NCBI GenBank assembly: GCA_024641965.1
Contig: JAHECC010000001.1
Span: 29,042-93,041 of the forward strand
DNA from: Rubrivivax sp.
GTDB lineage: Bacteria; Pseudomonadota; Gammaproteobacteria; Burkholderiales; Burkholderiaceae_C
Length of the DNA stretch: 64,000 nt
Reading direction: 5' to 3'
Under the pieces are notes generated by a model. That model was not told the origin of the DNA. It was given only the letters and a program-made list of their open reading frames with translations, and did no database searches. This document shows positions 43,601 through 52,209 of this stretch, piece after piece; position 1 is the stretch's first letter, and the number at the start of each line of letters is the position of its first letter. The position numbers were made by a program, and so were the translations under genes.

Positions 43601-44588
43601 CCTGGCGCGCAGTGCGTTCCAGGCACTGGCCGCGTTGAAGCTGCCTGCCGCCGTGCAGCCGGCGGCGCCATTGGCTGACAGCGCACCGTCTCGTGGCGTG
43701 AAGGCCGCCGTCGCGACACGCCCAGCGGCGCCTGCCGAGGCAAAACGCTATACCGGGTGGACGTTCGGGGAGCTGCCGGAACTGATGGAGATCCGCCGCG
43801 GCAGCCAGACGCTGGTGGGTTTTCCGGCACTCATCGACTGCGGCGATGCGGTCGAGATCGAGGTCTTCGACGAACCCGACATGGCGGCGGCGAAACACCG
43901 CGTCGGTTTGCGCCGCCTGGTGGCCTTGCAATTGAAGGAGCCGTTGAAGTACCTGGAAAAGAACCTCCCCGACCTGCAGAAGATGGCGGTGGCCTACCTG
44001 TCGCTGGGCTCGCTGGAAGAGTTGCGCCAGCAGATCATCGACGTCGCGCTCGATCGTGCCTTCCTGGCCGAGCCGCTGCCCAGCGATGCGCCGAGCTTCG
44101 CCATGCGCATCGACGAAGGCCGGACGCGCTTGAGCTTGATTGCGCAGGAGGTAGCGCGCCTGGCCGGCAGCGTGCTGGCCGAACATGCCGCGGCGCTGCG
44201 CAAGCTGAAGGACAGCCGACCGCCGAAGGAGGTGGCCGATGACCTCGGGGCCCAGATGCACAGGCTGATGCCCAAGCGATTCATGGAGTCGGCGCCCTAT
44301 GCGCAACTGCAGCATTTCCCGCGCTACCTGAAGGCGGTGGCGCTGCGCCTGGAAAAGCTGAAGGCCGATCCGGCGCGCGACGCCGCGCGCATGTCTGAAC
44401 TGCGGCCGCTCGAGCAACGCCATCTACGGCGCCTGGCCGAGTTGAAGGGCAGCCCGGATTCGCGGCTGGACGAATACCGCTGGCTGCTCGAAGAACTGCG
44501 CGTCAGCTTCTTCGCACAGGAGCTGCGCACGCCGCAGCCGGTGAGTGCGAAGCGGCTCGAGCGGGCCTGGACCCAGCTGCAGAGCTGA
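40668..44588 (+). CDS. hrpA: ATP-dependent RNA helicase HrpA
   Basis: GETGSGKTTQLPK, HTQPRRIAA, DEAH, SAT, QRAGRCGR, C-terminal EELRVSFFAQEL; start uncertain (GTG 40668). Confidence 0.97.
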   Translation: MNSPADSLQSAPKRSAQRSVATPNPVPPIHYPESLPVSQRRDEIAAAMQTHQVLIVCGETGSGKTTQLPKIALSLGRGLGGGGQGLIGHTQPRRIAASSVAKRIAQELNSPLGEVVGYKVRFQDRLQSGASVKLMTDGILLAETQSDPLLRAYDTLIIDEAHERSLNIDFLLGHLRQILVRRPELKIVVTSATIDADRFARHFSSDAGPAPVIMVSGRLFPVEQRWRPYKESREFDLNDAIADAVDELWRDGGPGDILVFLPGEREIRDAADHLRKHLAHAHKDGPQADILPLFARLSQQEQERVFEAGNGRRIVLATNVAETSLTVPGIRYVIDSGLARIKRYSLRQKVEQLMVEPISQAAANQRAGRCGRVANGICIRLYDEADFAARARFTDPEILRASLAGVILRMKALRLGSVEDFPFLEAPPQRAIADGYALLGELNAVDEANQLTPIGQALSRLPLDPRIGRMILEARERQCLNEVLIIASALSGQDVRDRPLEHQQAADEKQKKFDDEKSEFIGILKLWQWIEQGRGVHGHANERNQATDSHKLSNRQQEQRLRDSFVNMRRVREWRDIHSQLHTVVAEHGWRLNGSPATYEQIHLSMLAGLLGNIGLKSDDDEWYLGARGIRFWRHPGAHLSKKPGRWLVAAELVETTRLYGRGLAAIEPQWIPGIAGHLLKTQLLEPHWEKKAGEVIALERATLYGIVVYSNRRVNFGRIDPAAAREIFIREALVNGEWDSKLPFLAYNRKLIAQVEELEHKSRRQDVLVDDELIFAFYDQQLPVEVCSGASLERWFRDEQKKQPRLLQLSRDELMRHEAAGITTAAFPKTLRLGGIDCAAEYLHEPGDAKDGVTATVPIYALNQVSEERCEWLVPGMLQAKVMALLKSLHQRPRSRLVPLPGYAAEFCELTPFAEGALMDALLKAVRERSQLAVQRNDFKLDQLQPHLFMNFRIVDEHGRQLGMGRNLAALKAELGGLARSAFQALAALKLPAAVQPAAPLADSAPSRGVKAAVATRPAAPAEAKRYTGWTFGELPELMEIRRGSQTLVGFPALIDCGDAVEIEVFDEPDMAAAKHRVGLRRLVALQLKEPLKYLEKNLPDLQKMAVAYLSLGSLEELRQQIIDVALDRAFLAEPLPSDAPSFAMRIDEGRTRLSLIAQEVARLAGSVLAEHAAALRKLKDSRPPKEVADDLGAQMHRLMPKRFMESAPYAQLQHFPRYLKAVALRLEKLKADPARDAARMSELRPLEQRHLRRLAELKGSPDSRLDEYRWLLEELRVSFFAQELRTPQPVSAKRLERAWTQLQS

Positions 44589-44601
44589 GTCCAGGCGCGG
44601 C

Positions 44602-45966
44602 TCAGGCCGGCACCGACGGCAGCCCAGACAACGCCATCGCCAGTTCGGCCTCGTCGTATTGCTGGTCCACCAGCTTGCCGGCGTGGTAGGCGCTGTAGGC
44701 ACTCATGTCGAAATGGCCATGCCCGCAAAGGTTGAACAGGATCACTTCGGACTTGCCTTCGGCTTTGCAGCGCAATGCCTCGACGATCGCGCCTTTCACC
44801 GCATGATTCGCCTCCGGCGCGGGCACGATGCCTTCGGCGCGCGCGAACAGCACACCGGCTTCGAAGCAGGCGTTCTGGTGGTAGGCCGTGGCTTCGATCA
44901 GGTTCAGTTCCTTCAGGTGCGACACCAGCGGCGCCATGCCGTGGTAGCGCAGGCCGCCGGCATGGAAGCCCGGCGGCGTGAAGGTGCTGCCCAGCGTGTG
45001 CATCTTCGTCAGCGGCGTCATGTGGGCGGTGTCGCCGAAGTCGTAGGCGAACTTGCCGCGGGTCAGCGAAGGGCAGGCCGCCGGCTCGACGGCGACGATG
45101 CGGCGCTTCTTCCCGCCACGCAACTGCGTACCCAGGAACGGAAAACTGATGCCGGCGAAGTTGCTGCCGCCCCCCGTGCAGCCGACGATCACGTCGGGGT
45201 CGTCGCCGGCCATCTCCATCTGCAGCATCGCCTCCTGGCCGACGATGGTCTGGTGCATAAGCACATGGTTCAGCACCGAGCCGAGCGCGTACTTGGTGTC
45301 GTCGTTCGTCGCGGCGATTTCCACGGCTTCGCTGATGGCGATGCCCAGCGAGCCGGGGTGGTCGGCGCGCTGCGCCAGGATCGCGCGCCCGGCGTTGGTT
45401 TCGTTGGACGGCGAGGCCACGCAGGTGGCGCCGTAGGTTTCCATCAGCGCGCGGCGATACGGCTTCTGGTCATACGACACGCGCACCTGGAACACGCGCA
45501 CCTCAAGCCCGAACAGCGCGCCGGCAAAGGCCAGCGAGCTGCCCCACTGGCCGGCGCCGGTCTCGGTGCTGAGCTTCTTGATGCCGGCCTGGGCGTTGTA
45601 CCAAGCCTGCGGCACCGCGGTGTTGGGCTTGTGGCTACCCGCAGGCGACACGCCCTCGTACTTGTAGTAGATCTTCGCCGGTGTGCCCAGCACCTTTTCC
45701 AGCCGGTGCGCGCGGATCAGCGGCGACGGCCGCCACATCTTGAAGACCTCGCGCACCGGCTCGGGGATCGGAATCTCGCGCTCGGTGGACACCTCCTGCA
45801 GGATCAGTTCCATCGGGAACAGCGGTGCCAGGTCGTCCGGCCCCACCGGCTGCATCGTGCCGGGGTGCAGCACCGGTGCCAGCGGCACGGGCAGGTCGGC
45901 ATTGATGTTGTACCAATGCTTCGGCATCTTGCTCTCGTCGAGCAGGAACTTCGTGGGGGTGCTCAT
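44602..45966 (-). CDS. trpB2: Tryptophan synthase beta-like PLP enzyme, TrpB2 type
   Basis: YKYEGVSPAGSHKPNTA, TETGAGQWG, SLGIAISEA, LGSVLNHV, GGGSNFAG, HAGGLRYHG, NLCGHG; GGAG SD before ATG 45966. Confidence 0.93.
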   Translation of the reverse strand: MSTPTKFLLDESKMPKHWYNINADLPVPLAPVLHPGTMQPVGPDDLAPLFPMELILQEVSTEREIPIPEPVREVFKMWRPSPLIRAHRLEKVLGTPAKIYYKYEGVSPAGSHKPNTAVPQAWYNAQAGIKKLSTETGAGQWGSSLAFAGALFGLEVRVFQVRVSYDQKPYRRALMETYGATCVASPSNETNAGRAILAQRADHPGSLGIAISEAVEIAATNDDTKYALGSVLNHVLMHQTIVGQEAMLQMEMAGDDPDVIVGCTGGGSNFAGISFPFLGTQLRGGKKRRIVAVEPAACPSLTRGKFAYDFGDTAHMTPLTKMHTLGSTFTPPGFHAGGLRYHGMAPLVSHLKELNLIEATAYHQNACFEAGVLFARAEGIVPAPEANHAVKGAIVEALRCKAEGKSEVILFNLCGHGHFDMSAYSAYHAGKLVDQQYDEAELAMALSGLPSVPA

Positions 45967-46127
45967 GGCTTGGGTCTCCTCGGGTGGTTTGACGAAGGTG
46001 CCGCACATGCTAAGCCGGCCGCCGCGCCAGGGGAACCAGGAAAGCACGCTCATTGATGACCCGCAACGCCTGCTTGCCGCCAGCCGCCCAGAATCAGGCT
46101 GTCTCGACTCCTGTGCCGGTGGACTGC

Positions 46128-46643
46128 ATGAACCTGATTCGCGCCACACTTTGCGCGCTGGCCATCGCGGCGGCTGCGTCGCCCGCCTGCGCGCAGCAGC
46201 GCGCAGATCCGATGCCCGGCGAGTACGTCGTCGTCGATGGCAAGATCGATCGCGGCACCTACGCTGGCTGGCGCCTGTTCCAGGCGCACTGCCAGGGTTG
46301 TCATGGCGTCGATGGGCTCGGCACCGGCAAGGCGCCAAACCTGGTCGAGCGCATCGGCAACTACACGCCGCGCGGCTTTGCCACCAAGGTCATCACCAGC
46401 TACCGCATCGTGCCGATGTCGCCTGACAGCGGCCCGCCCGCCGATCCCGGCGAACGCGATGCGCTGCTCGAACTGGTGATGAAGCGTGAACGCCAGCAAC
46501 GCGGCCAGCCGCTGATGCCAGCCTGGGACGGCGACGCCGACGTGGTGCCCCACGTGCTCGACATCTACGCCTACCTCAACGCACGTGCCTGGGGCGACCT
46601 GAAGCCCGGCAAGCCGCAGTTGCTGCCTTCCGCGGCGCGTTGA
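46128..46643 (+). CDS. Periplasmic monoheme c-type cytochrome
   Basis: Signal peptide, single CQGCH heme motif, distal MPAW. Confidence 0.88.
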   Translation: MNLIRATLCALAIAAAASPACAQQRADPMPGEYVVVDGKIDRGTYAGWRLFQAHCQGCHGVDGLGTGKAPNLVERIGNYTPRGFATKVITSYRIVPMSPDSGPPADPGERDALLELVMKRERQQRGQPLMPAWDGDADVVPHVLDIYAYLNARAWGDLKPGKPQLLPSAAR

Positions 46644-46667
46644 AGCCGAGCCAAAGCCCGTACCGCC

Positions 46668-47381
46668 TCAGCGGCCGAACAGTTCCAGCGCGCGGTCCAT
46701 GCCGCCGGACATGATCGAGATCATCGCCTGTTCGCGCACCTTCGGCTTGGGGTGGTAGGCGATCGACAGGCCCGCCGCCAGCATCATCGGCAGGTCGTTG
46801 GCGCCGTCACCGACCGCGATGGCCTGATCGGTGCCGATGCCCATCAGCTCGCAGACCTCGAGCAGCACACGCTTTTTTTCGGCACCGTCGACGATGTCGC
46901 CCCAGGGCCGGTCCTGCAGCGTGCCGGTGAGCTTGCCGTTGAACAAGCCGAGTGAGTTGGCGCGCGCGAAGTCCAGCTTCAGGTGCTGGCGGATGCGTTC
47001 GCTGAAGAAGCTGAAGCCACCGCTGATCAGCAGCGTCTTCAGCCCTGCTGACTGGCACGCGCGCACGAATCGTTCGACACCAGGGTTCAACTGCACGCGC
47101 TCGTTGTAGACCTGCTGCAGAACCGTCTCGCTCACGCCCGCCAGCAGCGCCACGCGGCGGCGCAGCGCGTCCTTGAAGTCGCTGATCTCACCGCGCATCG
47201 CCGCTTCGGTGATGGCGGCGACCTCGGCCTTGCGCCCGGCCAGGTCGGCGATTTCGTCCACGCATTCGACGTTGATCAGCGTCGAGTCCATGTCGAAGGC
47301 CACCAGCTTGAAGTCGGCCAGTTGCAGTGGCGGCTTGACATTGCGGATGAACAGGCCAGACAGGAACTCGCTCGCGTTCAT
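46668..47381 (-). CDS. serB: Phosphoserine phosphatase
   Basis: HAD motifs FDMDSTL, SGGF, K, GDGANDLPM; ATG overlaps mfd stop. Confidence 0.96.
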   Translation of the reverse strand: MNASEFLSGLFIRNVKPPLQLADFKLVAFDMDSTLINVECVDEIADLAGRKAEVAAITEAAMRGEISDFKDALRRRVALLAGVSETVLQQVYNERVQLNPGVERFVRACQSAGLKTLLISGGFSFFSERIRQHLKLDFARANSLGLFNGKLTGTLQDRPWGDIVDGAEKKRVLLEVCELMGIGTDQAIAVGDGANDLPMMLAAGLSIAYHPKPKVREQAMISIMSGGMDRALELFGR

Positions 47382-50300
47382 GCAGCCACCGTCTTCAGCG
47401 GTTGGCCCAGCGCACGCAGCAGCTCACGCATGAACTGTGCCCGGTCCTTTGGGTCGGACAGTTCGCGCTCGATGCGCAGCTTTTGATTACCGGCGAACTT
47501 GATGTGGCGATTTTTCTGCACCAGCGAAATAATTGCCGCTCCGTCGATCGGCGGGTTCGGTTGAAAGCTCAGGCTCATCAGCTTGGGGCCAGCGTCGATC
47601 TTGCTCACGCCGTAGGGCTTGGCCAGCACGCGCAGGCGGTGCGTGTCGAACAGGGTCTGGCCCTGGGGCGGCAGCCTGCCGAAGCGGTCGGTGATCTCTT
47701 CCAACAGCGCGTCGATGTGCTCGGCGCGCTCGGCAGTGGCCAGGCGCTTGTACAGGCTCAAGCGCGTGTGCACGTCGCCGCAATAGCTGTCGGGCAGCAG
47801 GGCGGGGGCGTGCAGGTTGATCTCCGTGGTCGCGCCGAACGGGCTGAGCAGGTCGGGCTCGCGCCCGGCCTTCAAAGAACTGACCGCCTCGGCCAGCATG
47901 TCGTTGTACAGCTGGAAGCCCACTTCCATCATGTTGCCGCTCTGGTTCTCGCCGAGCACCTCGCCGGCGCCGCGTATTTCCAGGTCGTGCATCGCCAGAT
48001 AGAAACCGCTGCCCAGTTCCTCCATCGACTGGATCGCGTCCAGTCGAAGTTGCGCCGCCTTGCTCAGGCCCTGCAGGTCGGGCACCAGCAGGTAGGCGTA
48101 GGCCTGATGGTGGCTGCGGCCAACTCGCCCGCGCAGCTGGTGCAGCTGCGCCAGGCCGAACTTGTCGGCGCGGCTCATGACGATGGTGTTGGCGGTGGGC
48201 ACGTCGATGCCGGTCTCGATGATGGTCGAGCACAGCAGCAGGTTGTGCCGCTGCGCGATGAAGTCGCGCATCACGCGTTCCAGCTCGCGTTCGGGCAACT
48301 GGCCGTGCGCCACCGCGATGCGCGCCTCGGGCAGCAGTTCGGCCAGCTGGCCGGCGCGGTTCTGGATGGTCTCGACCTCGTTGTGCAGAAAGTACACCTG
48401 TCCGCCGCGCTTGAGCTCGCGCAGCACCGCCTCGCGGATGACGGCGTTGCCCTCGCTGCGCACGAAGGTCTTGATCGCCAGCCGGCGCTGCGGCGCGGTG
48501 GCGATGACGCTCAGGTCGCGCAGGCCCTCGAGCGCCATGCCCAGCGTGCGCGGGATCGGCGTGGCAGTCAGCGTGAGCACATCGACCTCGGCGCGCAGCG
48601 CCTTCATCGCTTCCTTGTGGCGCACGCCGAAACGGTGCTCCTCGTCGATGATCAGCAACCCCAGGCGCTTGAATTTCACCGTCTGGCTGAGCAGCTTGTG
48701 CGTGCCGACGACGATGTCGATCGTGCCGTCCTCGATGCCGGCCATCGCCGAGGTGATCTCCTTGGTGGAGCGGAAGCGCGACATCTCGGCCACCTTCACC
48801 GGCCACTTGCCGAAGCGATCCACCAGCGTCTGGAAATGCTGCTCGGCGAGCAGCGTGGTCGGTGCCAGGATCGCCACCTGCTTGCCGCCGTGCACCGCGA
48901 CGAAGGCGGCGCGCAATGCCACCTCGGTCTTGCCGAAGCCGACGTCGCCGCACACCAGCCGGTCCATCGGTTTCGGGCTGATCAGGTCCTGGATCACTGC
49001 ATGTATCGCCGCCATCTGGTCGGCGGTTTCCTCGAAGCCGAAGCTGGCAGCGAAGGCCTCGTAGTCGTGCGGGCTGAAGCGGTGCGACATGCCCTCGCGC
49101 GCAGCGCGACGGGCATACAGATTCAGCAGTTCGGCGGCGGTGTCGCGCACCTGCTCGGCGGCTTTGCGCTTGGCCTTGTCCCACTGTCCCGAACCCAGCC
49201 GGTGCAGCGGCGCTTCGTCGGCGCTGACACCGGTGTAGCGGCTGATCAGGTGTAACTGCGACACCGGCACATAGAGCGTGGCCTTGTCGGCGTACTCGAG
49301 GTGCAGGAACTCGCTGATGCCGCCTTCGCCTTCGCCCAGGTCGATGTTCTTCAGCCCCTGGTAGCGGCCGATGCCGTGCTGCGAGTGCACGACCGGGTCG
49401 CCGATCTTCAGCTCCGACAGGTCCTTGATCAGCGCATCGACGCTGCTCGTCTGTTCCTGCTTGCGCCGCCGCCGCGCCTGCGGCGTGCTGGCGAAGAGCT
49501 CGGTCTCGGTGATGAACTGGATCGAGACCCGTTCATCAGGCTCGTGCCAATGGAAGCCGGCGGCCAGTGGTGCAGCGATGATCGCCACCTTCTCATCGCC
49601 GTCCTCGAAATCGACCAACGTGGCCACGCTGGGCACGTCGATGCGGTGGTCGCGCAGCAGTTCGAGCAGACTCTCGCGCCGGCCTTCGCTTTCGGCCACC
49701 AGCAGCACGCGGTACGGCGTGATGTCCAGGTGCTTCTCCAGGGCGGCCAGCGGTTCGGTGGCCCCGCGCTCGATGCCCACATCGGGCAGCGGACGTGCCC
49801 AGGCAGTCTCGCCGGCCCCTCGCAACAGCAGCGTCGCGCATGTATTGGCACGGGCGAAAAAGTCCTCGGCAGGCAGGAACAGCGCCTCGGGCGGCAGAAT
49901 CGGCCGCTCCGGGTCGTGTCGCAGGAAGCGGTGGCGTTCGCGCGTGTCGGCCCAGAAGTGCTGCAGCGCGTCATTGACTTCGCCGTGCAGCACCAGCGCT
50001 GCATCCCCACCGAGGTAGTCGAATATCGTCGCGGTCTCTTCGAAGAACAACGGCAGCACGTACTCGATGCCGGCGGTGGCGATGCCGGCGCCGATGTCCT
50101 TGTAGACGCGGTGACGGCTCGGGTCGCCTTCGATCTTCTCGCGCCAGCGCGCGCGAAAGGCGTTGCGCGCCGCCTCGTCCATCGGGAACTCTCGTCCCGG
50201 CAGCAGCCGCACTTCGGGTACCGGGTACAGGCTGCGCTGCGTGTCGGGGTCGAAGGTGCGGATCGAATCGACCTCGTCGCCGAACAGGTCCACACGGTAC

Positions 50301-50833
50301 GGCACCGGCGAGCCCATCGGGAACAGGTCGATGAGTCCGCCGCGCACTGCGTATTCGCCGGGCGACACCACCTGGCTCACATGGCTGTAGCCGGCCAGCG
50401 TCAGCTGCGCCTTCAATGCGGCTTCGTCGAGCCGCATCTTCTGCTTGAAGTGGAAGGTGTAGCCGGCCATGAAGCCGGGTGGTGCCAGCCGCGTCAGTGC
50501 GGTGGTGGCGGGCAGCAGCACGACGTCCACCGCGCCCGAGCGCATCTGCCACAACGTGGCCAGGCGCTCGGAAATCAGGTCCTGGTGAGGCGAGAAGCTG
50601 TCGTAGGGCAGCGTCTCCCAGTCGGGGAAGACGGCCAGGCGCAGCGCAGGCGCGAAGAAGGGCAGTTCGTCGGCCAGGCGTTGCACGTCGGCCGGGTCGG
50701 CGGCAACGATGCACAACAACTGCTCGGCGGCAACGCAGGCCTGCGCATGGCGTGCCAGCAACAGCGCATCGGCCGAACCGGGTGGGCGCGGCAGGGCAAA
50801 GCGCTTGGCGCGGGCGATGGCGGGCAATTGCAT
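47378..50833 (-). CDS. mfd: Transcription-repair coupling factor
   Basis: VRGGLIDLFP, GDPVVHSQHGIGRY, CGDVGFGKTEVA, DEEHRFGV, TATPIPRTL, QLRGRVGR, DLEIRGAGE. Confidence 0.98.
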   Translation of the reverse strand: MQLPAIARAKRFALPRPPGSADALLLARHAQACVAAEQLLCIVAADPADVQRLADELPFFAPALRLAVFPDWETLPYDSFSPHQDLISERLATLWQMRSGAVDVVLLPATTALTRLAPPGFMAGYTFHFKQKMRLDEAALKAQLTLAGYSHVSQVVSPGEYAVRGGLIDLFPMGSPVPYRVDLFGDEVDSIRTFDPDTQRSLYPVPEVRLLPGREFPMDEAARNAFRARWREKIEGDPSRHRVYKDIGAGIATAGIEYVLPLFFEETATIFDYLGGDAALVLHGEVNDALQHFWADTRERHRFLRHDPERPILPPEALFLPAEDFFARANTCATLLLRGAGETAWARPLPDVGIERGATEPLAALEKHLDITPYRVLLVAESEGRRESLLELLRDHRIDVPSVATLVDFEDGDEKVAIIAAPLAAGFHWHEPDERVSIQFITETELFASTPQARRRRKQEQTSSVDALIKDLSELKIGDPVVHSQHGIGRYQGLKNIDLGEGEGGISEFLHLEYADKATLYVPVSQLHLISRYTGVSADEAPLHRLGSGQWDKAKRKAAEQVRDTAAELLNLYARRAAREGMSHRFSPHDYEAFAASFGFEETADQMAAIHAVIQDLISPKPMDRLVCGDVGFGKTEVALRAAFVAVHGGKQVAILAPTTLLAEQHFQTLVDRFGKWPVKVAEMSRFRSTKEITSAMAGIEDGTIDIVVGTHKLLSQTVKFKRLGLLIIDEEHRFGVRHKEAMKALRAEVDVLTLTATPIPRTLGMALEGLRDLSVIATAPQRRLAIKTFVRSEGNAVIREAVLRELKRGGQVYFLHNEVETIQNRAGQLAELLPEARIAVAHGQLPERELERVMRDFIAQRHNLLLCSTIIETGIDVPTANTIVMSRADKFGLAQLHQLRGRVGRSHHQAYAYLLVPDLQGLSKAAQLRLDAIQSMEELGSGFYLAMHDLEIRGAGEVLGENQSGNMMEVGFQLYNDMLAEAVSSLKAGREPDLLSPFGATTEINLHAPALLPDSYCGDVHTRLSLYKRLATAERAEHIDALLEEITDRFGRLPPQGQTLFDTHRLRVLAKPYGVSKIDAGPKLMSLSFQPNPPIDGAAIISLVQKNRHIKFAGNQKLRIERELSDPKDRAQFMRELLRALGQPLKTVAA

Positions 50834-50845
50834 GAGCGGGTGGCG

Positions 50846-50898
50846 ACAAAACACAAAAAGCCCCGCAACGTTCGCTGCGGGGCGGTGTGTGCATTGTA
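50846..50898 (-). terminator. Intrinsic-terminator-like hairpin within the apparent mfd 5' leader
   Basis: Minus strand: TACAAT (50898-93), then GCCCCGCAGC-GAAC-GTTGCGGGGC followed by TTTTTGTGTTTTG, ending about 12 nt before the ATG. Confidence 0.65.
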
Positions 50899-50975
50899 GG
50901 CAGCGCGTCGCAGGCAGGGCGGGCGCAGATGTGGCACTGTCATCGCCCACGCCGGGCGACGCTTAACATCGCGGC

Positions 50976-51719
50976 ATGTCCGCCACAGCATTGCAGCTGC
51001 CTTCGAGTGCATCCGCGCCACGCTACTTCGCGCTGGTGCCTTGCGCAGGCGTGGGCGAGCGTGCCGGATTGGACATGCCCAAGCAGTACGCCCGCATCGG
51101 CCGGCGATCGATGGTTGCGCACACTTTGGCGACGCTCCTGCAGGTGACACGCTTGCAGGCCACGCTGGTGGTGCTGGCGCCTGGCGATACCGGCTTTTCG
51201 GCGCACGCACCCGGTTTCCATGGCGAACGCGCCTGGGTGGCGTGCTGCGGCGGTGCGACGCGCGCCGCCAGCGTGGCCCGCGGCCTGGCTGAGCTGGAGG
51301 CTCGCGGCGCGCAGGCATATGACTGGGTGCTGGTGCACGATGCCGCGCGCTGCCTGTTGCGCGCCGCTTGGGTCGATCGTCTGATCGACGCGTGCAGCGG
51401 CGATGCGGTCGGTGGGCTGTTGGCGTTGCCGGTGGCCGATACCCTGAAGCAGGCGAGCGCCGGGCGCGCGCAGCAAACGCTCGATCGAAGCGAAAAATGG
51501 GCGGCGCAGACGCCGCAGATGTTCCGCCTGGGCCTGCTGCAAAGTGCGCTTGCGCAGGTCGGTGACAGCGTGACCGACGAGGCCAGTGCTGTCGAGGCGC
51601 TGGGCCATGCGCCGCTGCTGGTGCGTGGCGAACTGGAGAACTTCAAGATTACCTGGCCGCAGGAGCTGGCTTTGGCCGAGCGACTGCTGCGCACACGCGA
51701 CGCGGAGACGATCGTATGA
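50976..51719 (+). CDS. ispD: 2-C-methyl-D-erythritol 4-phosphate cytidylyltransferase
   Basis: [51 protein letters not shown]. Confidence 0.97.
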   Translation: MSATALQLPSSASAPRYFALVPCAGVGERAGLDMPKQYARIGRRSMVAHTLATLLQVTRLQATLVVLAPGDTGFSAHAPGFHGERAWVACCGGATRAASVARGLAELEARGAQAYDWVLVHDAARCLLRAAWVDRLIDACSGDAVGGLLALPVADTLKQASAGRAQQTLDRSEKWAAQTPQMFRLGLLQSALAQVGDSVTDEASAVEALGHAPLLVRGELENFKITWPQELALAERLLRTRDAETIV

Positions 51720-52201
51720 CGCCGGCCCTGCGCATCGGCGAGGGCTGGGATACGCATGCGCTGGTGGCCGGCCGGCCGCTGGTGCTGGGCGGCGTGACCA
51801 TCCCGCACAGCCATGGCCTGCTCGGGCATTCCGATGCCGATGCGTTGCTGCATGCGATCACCGACGCGCTGTTCGGCGCCGCCGGGCTGGGTGACATTGG
51901 CCGGCATTTTCCCGACACCGATGCGGCGTTCAAGGGCGCCGATTCAGCCGTGCTGCTGAAGCAGGCGGCAGCTCGTGTGCGCGCGGCGGGCTGGGACATC
52001 GTCAACGTCGACAGCACCATCGTCGCGCAGGCACCGAAGCTCGCAGCGCACATCCCCAGCATGTGTGCGGCTATTGCCGAAGCGCTCCGCATCGATGTCG
52101 ACCGCGTGAACGTGAAGGCGAAGACCGCGGAGAAGATGGGCCCGGTGGGCGAAGGGCGCGCCATCGAGGCGCGCGCGGTGTGCTTGTTGACGCGCGCTTG
52201 A
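51716..52201 (+). CDS. ispF: 2-C-methyl-D-erythritol 2,4-cyclodiphosphate synthase
   Basis: [42 protein letters not shown]. Confidence 0.97.
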   Translation: MTPALRIGEGWDTHALVAGRPLVLGGVTIPHSHGLLGHSDADALLHAITDALFGAAGLGDIGRHFPDTDAAFKGADSAVLLKQAAARVRAAGWDIVNVDSTIVAQAPKLAAHIPSMCAAIAEALRIDVDRVNVKAKTAEKMGPVGEGRAIEARAVCLLTRA

Positions 52202-52209
52202 CCGCGGTG

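Noticed and set aside
45967-46127. Trp attenuator or T-box upstream of trpB2
   Set aside because: The -10 (TAGCAT) implies a leader of only about 35 nt, with no Trp-codon peptide or terminator.
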